The position numbers were made by a program, and so were the translations under genes. From the NCBI GenBank assembly GCA_045601365.1, contig JAZRZN010000034.1, positions 29,888 through 93,887 on the forward strand: a stretch of DNA of 64,000 nucleotides, written 5' to 3'. Every line of letters starts with the position of its first letter. Position 1 is the first letter of the stretch. The DNA comes from Clostridia bacterium. Lineage in GTDB: Bacteria; Bacillota; Clostridia; Christensenellales; QALW01. The notes beneath the pieces were generated by a model. That model was not told the origin of the DNA and searched no databases. It saw only the letters and a program-made list of their open reading frames with translations. Of the stretch, positions 19,738-28,520 are shown one piece after another.

Positions 19738-20880
19738 TCATATTTTAGTAATTTTCTTATCGTAAGGACCAAGTCCCAACTCCTGCGGCAAGCGGTAATC
19801 CGGCAAATTATCACGCTTTGTGAACACCTCGCGCACTGCCTGCAAATACTTGAAGCCGCCCGACATGTGCGGAGCTATATAATGTCCCTCTCCCCATTCA
19901 TTCCAGTTATCGAGCATTATGAATCTGTGTCCGCATGCATCGTCGGGAAGCGCATCCGCCATCTTTTTTACATTTTCAAGAAGCTTGCGCCAATTATTCG
20001 GAGTGAGCTTCCAGCGCGTCACCTTTTTAAGCTTTTCGGGATCGTTGACATTCCACGGATACGGATCCCATGACTGCGAGCATGTAAGTATCGCAAAGTG
20101 CGGATCGAAGTCGATATGATTCTGCATCAGATACATCTGGCGTTCAAGCACCTGTTCCTGCGTCGGGAACTGCTGTTCCGTATGCCAGCAATAAGCGAAC
20201 AGATCGTCAAAGCCCGCGTCTTTGTACATCTGAAGTACCTCGCGCTTGTCGTAGCGGTATTCCACATGGAATATGATGCCGTCGAAGCCGTATTTCTTTA
20301 TCGCCTCGCGGCAGGCATCGAGCGCATGCTTTGTCTTTTCGGCACCGCCGAACGTGTTCACCACGCGGAACGAATAATCGTATACGAACAGTACGGGCTT
20401 ATTGCCTACCTTCATATAGTTCGGACGGCTGAAATACTCATCTACCCAGAACGGCAACAGATTGTTGATAAGGTCGTTTTCATCCTCGGCAACACCGGCG
20501 TTGTCGCCCTCCCACATTATTGCGAAATCCATCATATTACTGTATTTCGCATTTTTTATCGCATCGAGCTGGTGCGCAAGAAAAAGATCCTTCTTTGTTA
20601 CGGGCTTGCCGAAATTCTCCCAATTTCTGTACCAGCAGTACACGAACGCATTGATGCCGTGTTCTCTTGCCCATTTGATCTCCCAATCCATTACCTCGGG
20701 ATCGGCTTCATCGTAATATCCGATAAGCGGAGTGCGTTCCGGGAAATCCTTTATCGCCGAAAAGCCGGTCGTTCCGTCTTCTCTTACCGACCATCCGGGA
20801 AAATAATGGCACGCTATGTAATAATCACTCGAAACAGGTTCGATTTCGGGAACATACTCCGCAAATTTAATATCGTACAT
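19738..20880 (-). CDS. GH99-like / WbsX-like domain protein
   Basis: 380 aa with ERTPLIGYYDEADPEVMDWEIKWAREHGINAFVYCWY and ...LDNWNEWGEGHYIAP, as I recall for the WbsX/GH99-like family. No signal peptide. Confidence 0.5.
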   Translation of the reverse strand: MYDIKFAEYVPEIEPVSSDYYIACHYFPGWSVREDGTTGFSAIKDFPERTPLIGYYDEADPEVMDWEIKWAREHGINAFVYCWYRNWENFGKPVTKKDLFLAHQLDAIKNAKYSNMMDFAIMWEGDNAGVAEDENDLINNLLPFWVDEYFSRPNYMKVGNKPVLFVYDYSFRVVNTFGGAEKTKHALDACREAIKKYGFDGIIFHVEYRYDKREVLQMYKDAGFDDLFAYCWHTEQQFPTQEQVLERQMYLMQNHIDFDPHFAILTCSQSWDPYPWNVNDPEKLKKVTRWKLTPNNWRKLLENVKKMADALPDDACGHRFIMLDNWNEWGEGHYIAPHMSGGFKYLQAVREVFTKRDNLPDYRLPQELGLGPYDKKITKI

Positions 20881-20972
20881 TTATATTTCCTCCTCGTTTT
20901 ATTGTAAGCCATTTGTCTACTTCTACCAAGTATATCATACAAAGTATTTATTTTCAATAGCAAAGTTGCTTC

Positions 20973-21000
20973 TTGACTGATTTTTTTTTAATGATATACT
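20973..21000 (+). promoter_or_regulatory. candidate promoter of cca
   Basis: TTGACT (20973-20978), 16 nt, TATACT (20995-21000). Confidence 0.5.
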
Positions 21001-21026
21001 ATATGTATTGATTTGGAGTAAAAAAT

Positions 21027-22238
21027 ATGATACCTGCTGATGTTTTATTTATCATAAATACGTTTGAAGCCGCAGGATACCAAGCCTATGCGGTCGGTGG
21101 CTGTGTACGCGATACCATGCTCAAAAAGCGCCCCTCCGATTGGGATATCACCACGAACTGTCTGCCGGAAAAGACCGTTGAGCTGTTTTCATCATACAAG
21201 ATGGTGCTTAACGGCATGAAGCACGGCACGGTAAGCGTCATCATGCACGGCAAGATGTACGAAATAACCACCTTCCGTATCGACGGCGAATACGCCGATA
21301 TGCGCAGACCGAAGGATGTTACCTTTACCTCGGAGCTGAACGCCGACCTCGCCCGACGTGACTTCACGGTAAATGCAATGGCTATGGACAAGCACGGCAA
21401 TATAACCGATATATTCGGCGGACAGCATGACCTTGAGTGCAGACTGATACGCTGTGTCGGCGACCCGAAAAAGCGTTTCGGAGAAGACGCCCTGCGTATA
21501 ATGCGCGGACTGAGGTTTGCATCATATCCGGGCTTTACACTCGATGCCAAAACACTGCGCTATGCTAACCGGCTTGCGGGAAATCTTTCCGGCATAGCCT
21601 ATGAGCGCATATATACAGAGCTTAAAAAAATGCTCGCCCAGCCGGACGCATACAAAGTAATGCTCAAAACATATCCCGTGTTCAAGGCGATATTCCCCAC
21701 GCTGACAGTCAGCCGTGAAGATTGGAAAGCCGTTTGTTCGCACATAAGAAACGCGAACCGTGATTTGGAGCTGTGTCTTGCTTCAATACTGTTCCATGCC
21801 GATCTCGAAGCTGAGCTGATGCGTCTTAAAGCCGAAAGCACCGTAAAAAAGCATTTGCGCAAGCTTTATGAGCTTAACTTACGAGAAATAAAAAACTATC
21901 GGGTATTTCTTCGAATGCTCATGTGCGAGTATGACCGTGACAGCGTACTCATGCTATGCCGCTACAGAGTGCTTTCCGGAGCGGCACCGTATTCTCTGCT
22001 TACCAACGCACAAAAAGCCGCAGCCGGCTGTTGCGGAATAAAAGAGCTTGCGATAACCGGGCGCGAGCTTTACGCAAGCGGACTCAGAAACCGCAAAATA
22101 AAGGATGCACTTCAATATCTGCTTGAAGCAGTCGTAGAGGAAAGATGCTTAAACGAAAAGGCTGCGCTTCTTTTTGAAGCACGCAAGCTCAAAGGCCGTC
22201 GGCATGCAAAATCTGCAAAAACACAGTGTGATGCATGA
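21027..22238 (+). CDS. cca: CCA-adding tRNA nucleotidyltransferase
   Basis: AVGGCVRDTMLKKRPSDWDITT and RRDFTVNAMA motifs of the poly(A) polymerase/CCA head domain. Confidence 0.88.
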   Translation: MIPADVLFIINTFEAAGYQAYAVGGCVRDTMLKKRPSDWDITTNCLPEKTVELFSSYKMVLNGMKHGTVSVIMHGKMYEITTFRIDGEYADMRRPKDVTFTSELNADLARRDFTVNAMAMDKHGNITDIFGGQHDLECRLIRCVGDPKKRFGEDALRIMRGLRFASYPGFTLDAKTLRYANRLAGNLSGIAYERIYTELKKMLAQPDAYKVMLKTYPVFKAIFPTLTVSREDWKAVCSHIRNANRDLELCLASILFHADLEAELMRLKAESTVKKHLRKLYELNLREIKNYRVFLRMLMCEYDRDSVLMLCRYRVLSGAAPYSLLTNAQKAAAGCCGIKELAITGRELYASGLRNRKIKDALQYLLEAVVEERCLNEKAALLFEARKLKGRRHAKSAKTQCDA

Positions 22239-22357
22239 CTGTATCGCTTGCAGACCGCGTACATCACTTTCCCGAAATTTTCATATACATATCTTCGGTT
22301 TCGTGATACAATATTACTATAGCTTTATATGCTATACAGAACATTCGGACGGTGTCT

Positions 22358-23011
22358 ATGGAATCTTCAAAAAACAAAAAATATACGGTGCTTGTTATAG
22401 GCATCGTCATAATTTCGTTGCTCACCGCAGTGATTTTCAACGCACGCGAAAACTATCTTTATACAAACCGCGACCGTATCATACTGCTCGCGTATCAGAC
22501 AGATATTACAGGTTCCACCGGTGAGGAATGGGCTAAAAAGCTTGCAAAACGCTTCAACACCGAATTTGAGGTAAGCTGTTATACTCTCAGGCAGGCGGGA
22601 AACGAAGATATAACGATCACCGATGAAAACGGCTGGACGCAAATAGTTACGCGTCTTGCCGCAAAACAGGGGGACATACTTTTTCTCAACAACACAGCCT
22701 ACTCAAATATGCTTGACAACGGGTATCTTGAAGTGCTTGATTTTGACGGCGAACGCGCACTGAAAAACGCTGACGGGCTTACATGCGCAATAGATATAAC
22801 CGATATGAAGCTTGACGGTCTGCTGAATGCCGAAACATCCGAGTACGTCGGATTTGCTCAACCGCTGCCCATCAAAAGCACCGACGGCAAATCAAACGTA
22901 GCCGACGACGGTGCTACCGAACCGCGCGTGATAGCCGCCGTGTACAAGGGCTCGCGTCACGTTCGGCAGGCTTCCGACATTCTTCTTACTCTCATTACGG
23001 AGGCACAATGA
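22358..23011 (+). CDS. membrane-anchored protein, unknown function
   Basis: N-terminal TM anchor YTVLVIGIVIISLLTAVIF followed by a ~190-aa soluble part. No motif that I recognise. ATGA overlap with the next gene. Confidence 0.55.
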   Translation: MESSKNKKYTVLVIGIVIISLLTAVIFNARENYLYTNRDRIILLAYQTDITGSTGEEWAKKLAKRFNTEFEVSCYTLRQAGNEDITITDENGWTQIVTRLAAKQGDILFLNNTAYSNMLDNGYLEVLDFDGERALKNADGLTCAIDITDMKLDGLLNAETSEYVGFAQPLPIKSTDGKSNVADDGATEPRVIAAVYKGSRHVRQASDILLTLITEAQ

Positions 23012-23547
23012 AATACGCTCTTTCGCATTGCTTCGGCATACTCATCGCCGCACTGCTTATAATCACATTTGCAACGGTTTTTATATCCGATACCGTCTCA
23101 CAGCTCAATTCCGCCAAAAACGGTATAGAAATACTTTTTGTCGATGTTACACTTTCATCGGGAAGCACCTCACAGCTTGCAAATGAGATCAAAAAACGTA
23201 CAGGCGTAAAATATGTCGGCATCGCAACGCTTGAATCGTCATCTGCCGAAGAATACATACGAACGGTAGAAAACTATTCAATGGCTGATTATCTTGAATA
23301 TCTCACAAGGAGCCGTGATTCGGAGCTTATTATCATCACCGGGTCTATGCTTGAGACTGCGATGCAAATGGACAACGTCATTCCCTATTCCGCCACATTT
23401 GCCGTTCCGCTCACAGGAATAGAGCTTACATCATACGGCACAAAGGCTGAAGCCATTGAGGATGTTTACGCACTCCTCATTGACGGCGACCACATCGACG
23501 CGATACGCTCTTATATTGATTCGCTTTTCGGAGGAGAACATGTATAA
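23008..23547 (+). CDS. membrane-anchored protein, unknown function
   Basis: N-terminal TM anchor FGILIAALLIITFATVFI followed by a ~150-aa soluble part. Overlaps the next gene by 8 nt. Confidence 0.55.
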   Translation: MKYALSHCFGILIAALLIITFATVFISDTVSQLNSAKNGIEILFVDVTLSSGSTSQLANEIKKRTGVKYVGIATLESSSAEEYIRTVENYSMADYLEYLTRSRDSELIIITGSMLETAMQMDNVIPYSATFAVPLTGIELTSYGTKAEAIEDVYALLIDGDHIDAIRSYIDSLFGGEHV

Positions 23548-25396
23548 GCAAAAATTTTCGCCAAAACGCAAAGCACTTTTTTCCGTGCTTCTTATAGCAT
23601 TACTCATAATTCTTCCGTCAGGGCTTTATGTTCTTTCCGCATTTCTTTTTCCTGCCGTCGATCCGAAATCCGCCGCCGCAGGCGCACTGCTGATAATTCT
23701 GCTTGCGGCATACATGATTTTCAAGCCCTTGTTTTCGAATTATGAGTATTCTTTTGACGGCAACATTCTTACCGTAAAACGTTTGAGCGTCACCCGGCGC
23801 GGTGACCGCGTACTGAAGATATGCACGGTCAAAAAAACCGATATATCCGAAATCAAAGACGCAAAGGGCGGAAAGCGCTTATATCCGTTAGGTCTCAAGC
23901 CATGCACGCTCGTTACCCCAAACGGAATGTTTTCTGTCGTCTCGGACAAGGCATTGCTCAACTACCTTTCGGCAGATTCCGTGACCGATGCATTTATCGA
24001 AAACCGATTTTGCGAAATGGTCGAAGCTCTTAAAAAGCTTATCGCAATTCCCTCTGTTAAATCAGAGAAGCTCGATAACATGCCATTCGGACGTGAATGC
24101 GCGAACGCGCTTGAATATACGCTGTCGCTTTGTGAAAAGCTCGGTATGCATACGAAGAATCTTGATAATTACTGCGGCTACGCTGAGGTCGGCGAAGGCG
24201 AACACATGATCGGCGTGCTTTGCCATCTTGATGTAGTTCCCGCCGGTGACGGTTGGAACAGCGATCCGTTCGATGCAGTCATACACGACAATGAAATATT
24301 CGGTCGCGGAGCCATTGATGACAAAGGTCCATGCATCGCCGCGATATATGCGCTCGCCGCATGTGCCGACGCAATAAGTGACTTAAAATGCCGCGTGCGT
24401 CTGATCTTCGGTTGCGACGAGGAAAGCGGTTGGCAGTGCATGGACAAGTATAACGAGTGTGAGGAAGCACCGTGTATGGCATTCACGCCCGATGCCGAAT
24501 ATCCCGTTATAACGACCGAAAAGGGTATCGCGCATGTACGTCTCCGCACAAATCTTGAAGAGGGCGATTACCAGCTCTACATCCGCGGCGGTCTGCGTGC
24601 CAACATGGTGCCGGACAAGGCCTATGCTACCGTAATAGGCAATACCGATAAATTTTTCTTCAAGCTGAACGAATACGATGCCCACGCTCACGGCATCAGT
24701 TTCACCGTAAAGGGTGACACTCTTGATATCGAATCCATCGGCATAGGTGCGCACGGCTCAACGCCCGAAAAAGGAAAAAATGCTTTCTTTGAGCTTTTCA
24801 AGCTACTTGACCTTCTTGAACTTGGCGGCTCGCAGGGCGGATTTGTAAAGACGATGCTCCGCTGCTTCGTTGACAAATGTGACGGAAGCGGTGTAAATCT
24901 TAAGCTCAGCGATGAAGCCTCGGGTGCGCTCTCTTTGAATCTCGGCATGTGCTTCATCGGCAAAAACGACGTATTCAGTGACATGACCGACGATACATGT
25001 ATGACCGTTATCGACATACGCTACCCTATTTCTTATTCACTCAGTGACATTTCGGCGGCACTTCAGGCATCGCTTCCCGATAATTGGGAATGCGATATAG
25101 AGCATGCACAGGCACCGCACCATGTTGATGCCGATTCTCCCCTTGTAAAAACACTTACCGATGTTTATTCAAAATACACTGCACTCGACCCCACCCCACT
25201 TGCCATCGGCGGCGGCACATATGCACGTGCATTCCCGCAAAAAGCAGTGGCGTTCGGCGCACAGCTTCCCACAAGATGCGACAAAGCGCATCAGCCAAAC
25301 GAATCGTTTTCGCTTGACGATCTTAAGCTCAGTGCAAAAATGTTTGCCTGCGCGATCGGTCGTCTTGCTTCTCTTGATGTTTTTTCTACAAAATAA
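23540..25396 (+). CDS. fusion protein: 2-TM + PH-like N-terminal module joined to an M20 (PepV/Sapep-type) dipeptidase
   Basis: GGAGGAG RBS before ATG 23540. Residues 1-~165: two TM helices plus YSFDGNILTVKRLSVTRRGDRVLKICTVKKTDISEI (bacterial PH-like). The remainder has LCHLDVVPAGDGWNSDPF and GRGAIDDKGP and is a full-length M20 dipeptidase. Confidence 0.75.
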   Translation: MYKQKFSPKRKALFSVLLIALLIILPSGLYVLSAFLFPAVDPKSAAAGALLIILLAAYMIFKPLFSNYEYSFDGNILTVKRLSVTRRGDRVLKICTVKKTDISEIKDAKGGKRLYPLGLKPCTLVTPNGMFSVVSDKALLNYLSADSVTDAFIENRFCEMVEALKKLIAIPSVKSEKLDNMPFGRECANALEYTLSLCEKLGMHTKNLDNYCGYAEVGEGEHMIGVLCHLDVVPAGDGWNSDPFDAVIHDNEIFGRGAIDDKGPCIAAIYALAACADAISDLKCRVRLIFGCDEESGWQCMDKYNECEEAPCMAFTPDAEYPVITTEKGIAHVRLRTNLEEGDYQLYIRGGLRANMVPDKAYATVIGNTDKFFFKLNEYDAHAHGISFTVKGDTLDIESIGIGAHGSTPEKGKNAFFELFKLLDLLELGGSQGGFVKTMLRCFVDKCDGSGVNLKLSDEASGALSLNLGMCFIGKNDVFSDMTDDTCMTVIDIRYPISYSLSDISAALQASLPDNWECDIEHAQAPHHVDADSPLVKTLTDVYSKYTALDPTPLAIGGGTYARAFPQKAVAFGAQLPTRCDKAHQPNESFSLDDLKLSAKMFACAIGRLASLDVFSTK

Positions 25397-25406
25397 CATT
25401 TTTTTA

Positions 25407-25435
25407 TTGAGTTTTTTACAGTTTTTTGTTATAAT
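25407..25435 (+). promoter_or_regulatory. candidate promoter of the DUF951-lepB operon
   Basis: TTGAGT (25407-25412), 17 nt, TGtTATAAT (TATAAT = 25430-25435). Confidence 0.5.
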
Positions 25436-25471
25436 AATAAAAATGCTTTTTAACAGGAGTTCGGTAAAGCT

Positions 25472-25657
25472 ATGTTCAATATAGAATTAGGTGATACCGT
25501 AATAACAAGAAAAAATCATCCTTGCGGCGGAAACAAGTGGACATGCGTACGCACCGGCGCGGATATAAAGCTCAAATGCATGACCTGCGGGCGAATAATC
25601 ATGCTCGACCGTGAAGAATGCAAAAAGCGCACAAAAAACATTATTAAGGCGGAATAA
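25472..25657 (+). CDS. DUF951 family protein
   Basis: 61 aa: GDTVITRKNHPCGGNKWTCVRTGADIKLKCMTCGRIIMLDR, the typical DUF951 CxxC...CxxC small protein. Confidence 0.8.
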   Translation: MFNIELGDTVITRKNHPCGGNKWTCVRTGADIKLKCMTCGRIIMLDREECKKRTKNIIKAE

Positions 25658-25658
25658 A

Positions 25659-26957
25659 ATGAAAACTTTCAATCTCTTTGATATAGATAGTCTTTCTTTC
25701 GAAGCAGACAATGAAGCCGATCAAAGCGTCAGCAATGCTGACGAAAGCGACGTGCAGAGCGAAGACGGTCTTCATGGCGCACAGATAACCATGTTTGATG
25801 CGCCGGATGCAGACTCAGCAGACAAAATAAGCGATATTTCCGAAATCAGCCTTGAAGAAGTTGATCTTAAGGAAATTGACCTTGAGGAAGCCGACATTGA
25901 GGAAATCGACCTTGAAGCCGCCGGCATTGATGAAGCCGTTGCCGATGAAGCCGGCATAGATGATAAAGCCGAGCTTGAAGAGGCAGACCGGGAAGAGCTT
26001 ACCTATACCGAATCGGACAAAACGGACATTTGTGAAAATACCGACGAAGATACTGATACCGTTGCCGCCGAAGGCATTGCGGAAGACGGTATTTCAGCTT
26101 CGAATGAAGACAGCTATACCATTCCCTCTGTTTTGAAGGATGACTGTGATACCGACAGGCTCGCCGAATGGCTTGAGGACGACGTGACATCAGAAGTGCC
26201 GAATTATTCCGTATCCGATCAGGCTGACGGCGACTCCGAAGCCGATATGGAATTTTCGGAAAACATCACCGCCGATATAAGCATAAATGAATCGTTGCCG
26301 AATTTCAAAGATATAAAAAGCATGACGCTTATGGATAGATTCGAATGTCCGTACACATACAGCGGAAAAAACGGTGACCGCGTGCGTTATCGGCTTTCAC
26401 TCCCGAATGACCGTAAGCCCGGAAGGAGAAGAATAGTGAAAAGCACCGTGAGCTTTATTATTACGATTATCGTTGCATTCATCATCGCCCTGCTGTTGCG
26501 TTCATTTGTATTCGTATTCGCCACTGTTGACGGCCCGAGCATGCAACCTACACTTTACACCAACGAACGGCTGTTCGTCACGCGCTACACATACTATTTC
26601 AACGAAATAGAACGCGGTGATATAGTCGTTTGCAAATTCCCGAGTCCCGCATATCCCGATAAATATGTAAAGCGCGTTATCGCACTCGGCGGCGAAACGG
26701 TAGCGATACAGGACGGCACTGTTTATATCAACGGTTCTCCCCTGCGTGAGGATTATATCAAATCGCCGGCGCTTGCCGATATGGAAGAACAGTACGTTCC
26801 CGAAGGATGCGTTTTCGTTATGGGCGATAACCGCAACAACTCAAGTGACAGCCGCAAACCCACGATAGGTGCTATCCCGAAAGATCTTATCATGGGCAAA
26901 GCCCGCTGCATACTCTTCCCATTCTCCAAGATGGGCTCTTTGGAGGAAAAAAATTGA
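25659..26957 (+). CDS. lepB: signal peptidase I with ~265-aa acidic N-terminal extension
   Basis: C-terminal third: TM helix, then DGPSMQPTL (catalytic Ser), YVKRVIALGGE (catalytic Lys), GDNRNNSSDSR. The N-terminal part is Asp/Glu-rich with E-x-D-L-type repeats. Start at MKTFNLF (25659). Confidence 0.85.
   Translation: MKTFNLFDIDSLSFEADNEADQSVSNADESDVQSEDGLHGAQITMFDAPDADSADKISDISEISLEEVDLKEIDLEEADIEEIDLEAAGIDEAVADEAGIDDKAELEEADREELTYTESDKTDICENTDEDTDTVAAEGIAEDGISASNEDSYTIPSVLKDDCDTDRLAEWLEDDVTSEVPNYSVSDQADGDSEADMEFSENITADISINESLPNFKDIKSMTLMDRFECPYTYSGKNGDRVRYRLSLPNDRKPGRRRIVKSTVSFIITIIVAFIIALLLRSFVFVFATVDGPSMQPTLYTNERLFVTRYTYYFNEIERGDIVVCKFPSPAYPDKYVKRVIALGGETVAIQDGTVYINGSPLREDYIKSPALADMEEQYVPEGCVFVMGDNRNNSSDSRKPTIGAIPKDLIMGKARCILFPFSKMGSLEEKN
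25830..25990 (+). repeat. imperfect in-frame tandem repeats encoding (E/D)-(E/I)-(I/V/A)-D-L-(E/K) units
   Basis: The DNA repeats gaNgaaNttgacctt-like units. Protein: SLEEVDLKEIDLEEADIEEIDLEAAGIDEAVADEAGIDDKAELEEADREEL. Confidence 0.6.
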
Positions 26958-27811
26958 GATACCTCGTGCTTTCGGATATTCACGGAAACAATATCGCACT
27001 TGACGCGATACTTGATTCCGTTCCCGCTTCAAGATACAGTCAGGTGCTTGTTCTCGGCGATAATATCGGTGACGGTCCGTGTCCCGATAAAGTGCTGGCG
27101 CGTCTCGGTGAGCTTGATACCGTAATGATAGCCGGAAACCGTGAATTGCTTGCCACACAGCATTACGCAGGCTTGCCGGAAACACAAACGGCACTTCAAT
27201 GGCAATTCATGCGTGATTCTCTTGCATTCATGAGTGACCGGCAAAGAAGCTTTATCAAATCGCTTGACATCAATGCCACCTGTACCTGCGGCGACATTTC
27301 CGTCCGCCTTGTACACGGTTCACCTTTCTCGGTGCGTGAGCTTTTATTTTACAATAATACGCAAAGGCTTAATGAATGCCTTGAAGGGATCGCCGAACAG
27401 ATACTCTTATGCGGTCACAATCATTATCAATTTGCGCATCTCCATAACGAAAAGCTTGTTATGAATCCCGGCTCGGTCGGATTAAGCCAAAAAGGCGAAT
27501 CCTTCAGAGCCGATTATGCCATGCTCAATATTTCCGGCAATCAGTTTTCCTTTGAGCTTAATCATACTTATTATGACGGTGAAAAAATCAAGCGCGAATA
27601 CATAGACCGTGATCTATGGGAATCTTCGATATGGGGGCGCATCGCATATAAAGAAATGGAAAACGGAAAAATGTACATAAACAGCTTTGCGCGTTTCGTG
27701 TACAATCTCGCAAAATCAAAAAATGCCAATTCCAAGCCCCTTGATGACAGCATATGGCTTGAAGCCTGTGAAAAATGGGATTGGCAGCCTACGGATCAAA
27801 GCTATGTTTGA
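26954..27811 (+). CDS. metallophosphoesterase family protein
   Basis: LVLSDIHGNN, VLVLGDNIGDGP, AGNRE and LCGHNH motifs. TTG start overlaps the lepB stop, after GGAGGA. Confidence 0.8.
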   Translation: MRYLVLSDIHGNNIALDAILDSVPASRYSQVLVLGDNIGDGPCPDKVLARLGELDTVMIAGNRELLATQHYAGLPETQTALQWQFMRDSLAFMSDRQRSFIKSLDINATCTCGDISVRLVHGSPFSVRELLFYNNTQRLNECLEGIAEQILLCGHNHYQFAHLHNEKLVMNPGSVGLSQKGESFRADYAMLNISGNQFSFELNHTYYDGEKIKREYIDRDLWESSIWGRIAYKEMENGKMYINSFARFVYNLAKSKNANSKPLDDSIWLEACEKWDWQPTDQSYV

Positions 27812-28520
27812 CTTCCATATTCGCTTAAACGGTAATATTAAAAAGTATTGCGCTCAGGCAAAGCAAGAAGGCTTAACAGGTCTTTGCTTTACTGAGCCCA
27901 TAGTTTTTTTACCGCAACACGCAAAAGAATATATTTCATCCGACGGTATTGAGCTTCTCAGCGGAGCAGAGATCCCCTATGAGCCGGAAACACATATTTT
28001 TGCCGCGATGTCGCTTTCCGGCGTAAAATACGATTATATACTCAATTCCGTGCGCACCGTTGACGGCATTTCGCTTGAACGCGACGAATACTATACGTTA
28101 CGTTCGCGTGACATAGCATATTCGGGCTATCTTGAAAAGGTGTATGAATCACTTGATGCCGCGTATGATTATTCGGCAATACAGCTCGGTCATGTAAGCA
28201 AGTTCGCATATTATCCGTCCCCGGCACTGCTGTGCCGCGAAGCTCCCGAGCTGATAGATTCCATCCTTATGCGGCTCATATTTCTTGGCAAAGCACTTGA
28301 GGTGGATGCATCGGCAATATCGGTACTCCGCGAGCCGGTGCCTTCAAAGAGCATACTTGACCGTTACCGTGAGCTTGGCGGAGAGCTGATCACAGTCGGT
28401 TCATCAGCACATGTGCCTATGTTTACAAGTCTCAGGCAAACTTACGCTATGCTCAAGGACTGCGGCTTTAAGTATTATTCTGTTTTCAGGGAAATGCATC
28501 CCACAATGTACAAGCTATGA
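27804..28520 (+). CDS. PHP/HisJ-like protein with degenerate first metal motif
   Basis: MFDFHIRLNG where HisJ-type PHP proteins have D-x-H-x-H. Retains LGHVSKF and GSSAHVP. Overlaps the neighbours on both sides. Confidence 0.5.
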   Translation: MFDFHIRLNGNIKKYCAQAKQEGLTGLCFTEPIVFLPQHAKEYISSDGIELLSGAEIPYEPETHIFAAMSLSGVKYDYILNSVRTVDGISLERDEYYTLRSRDIAYSGYLEKVYESLDAAYDYSAIQLGHVSKFAYYPSPALLCREAPELIDSILMRLIFLGKALEVDASAISVLREPVPSKSILDRYRELGGELITVGSSAHVPMFTSLRQTYAMLKDCGFKYYSVFREMHPTMYKL

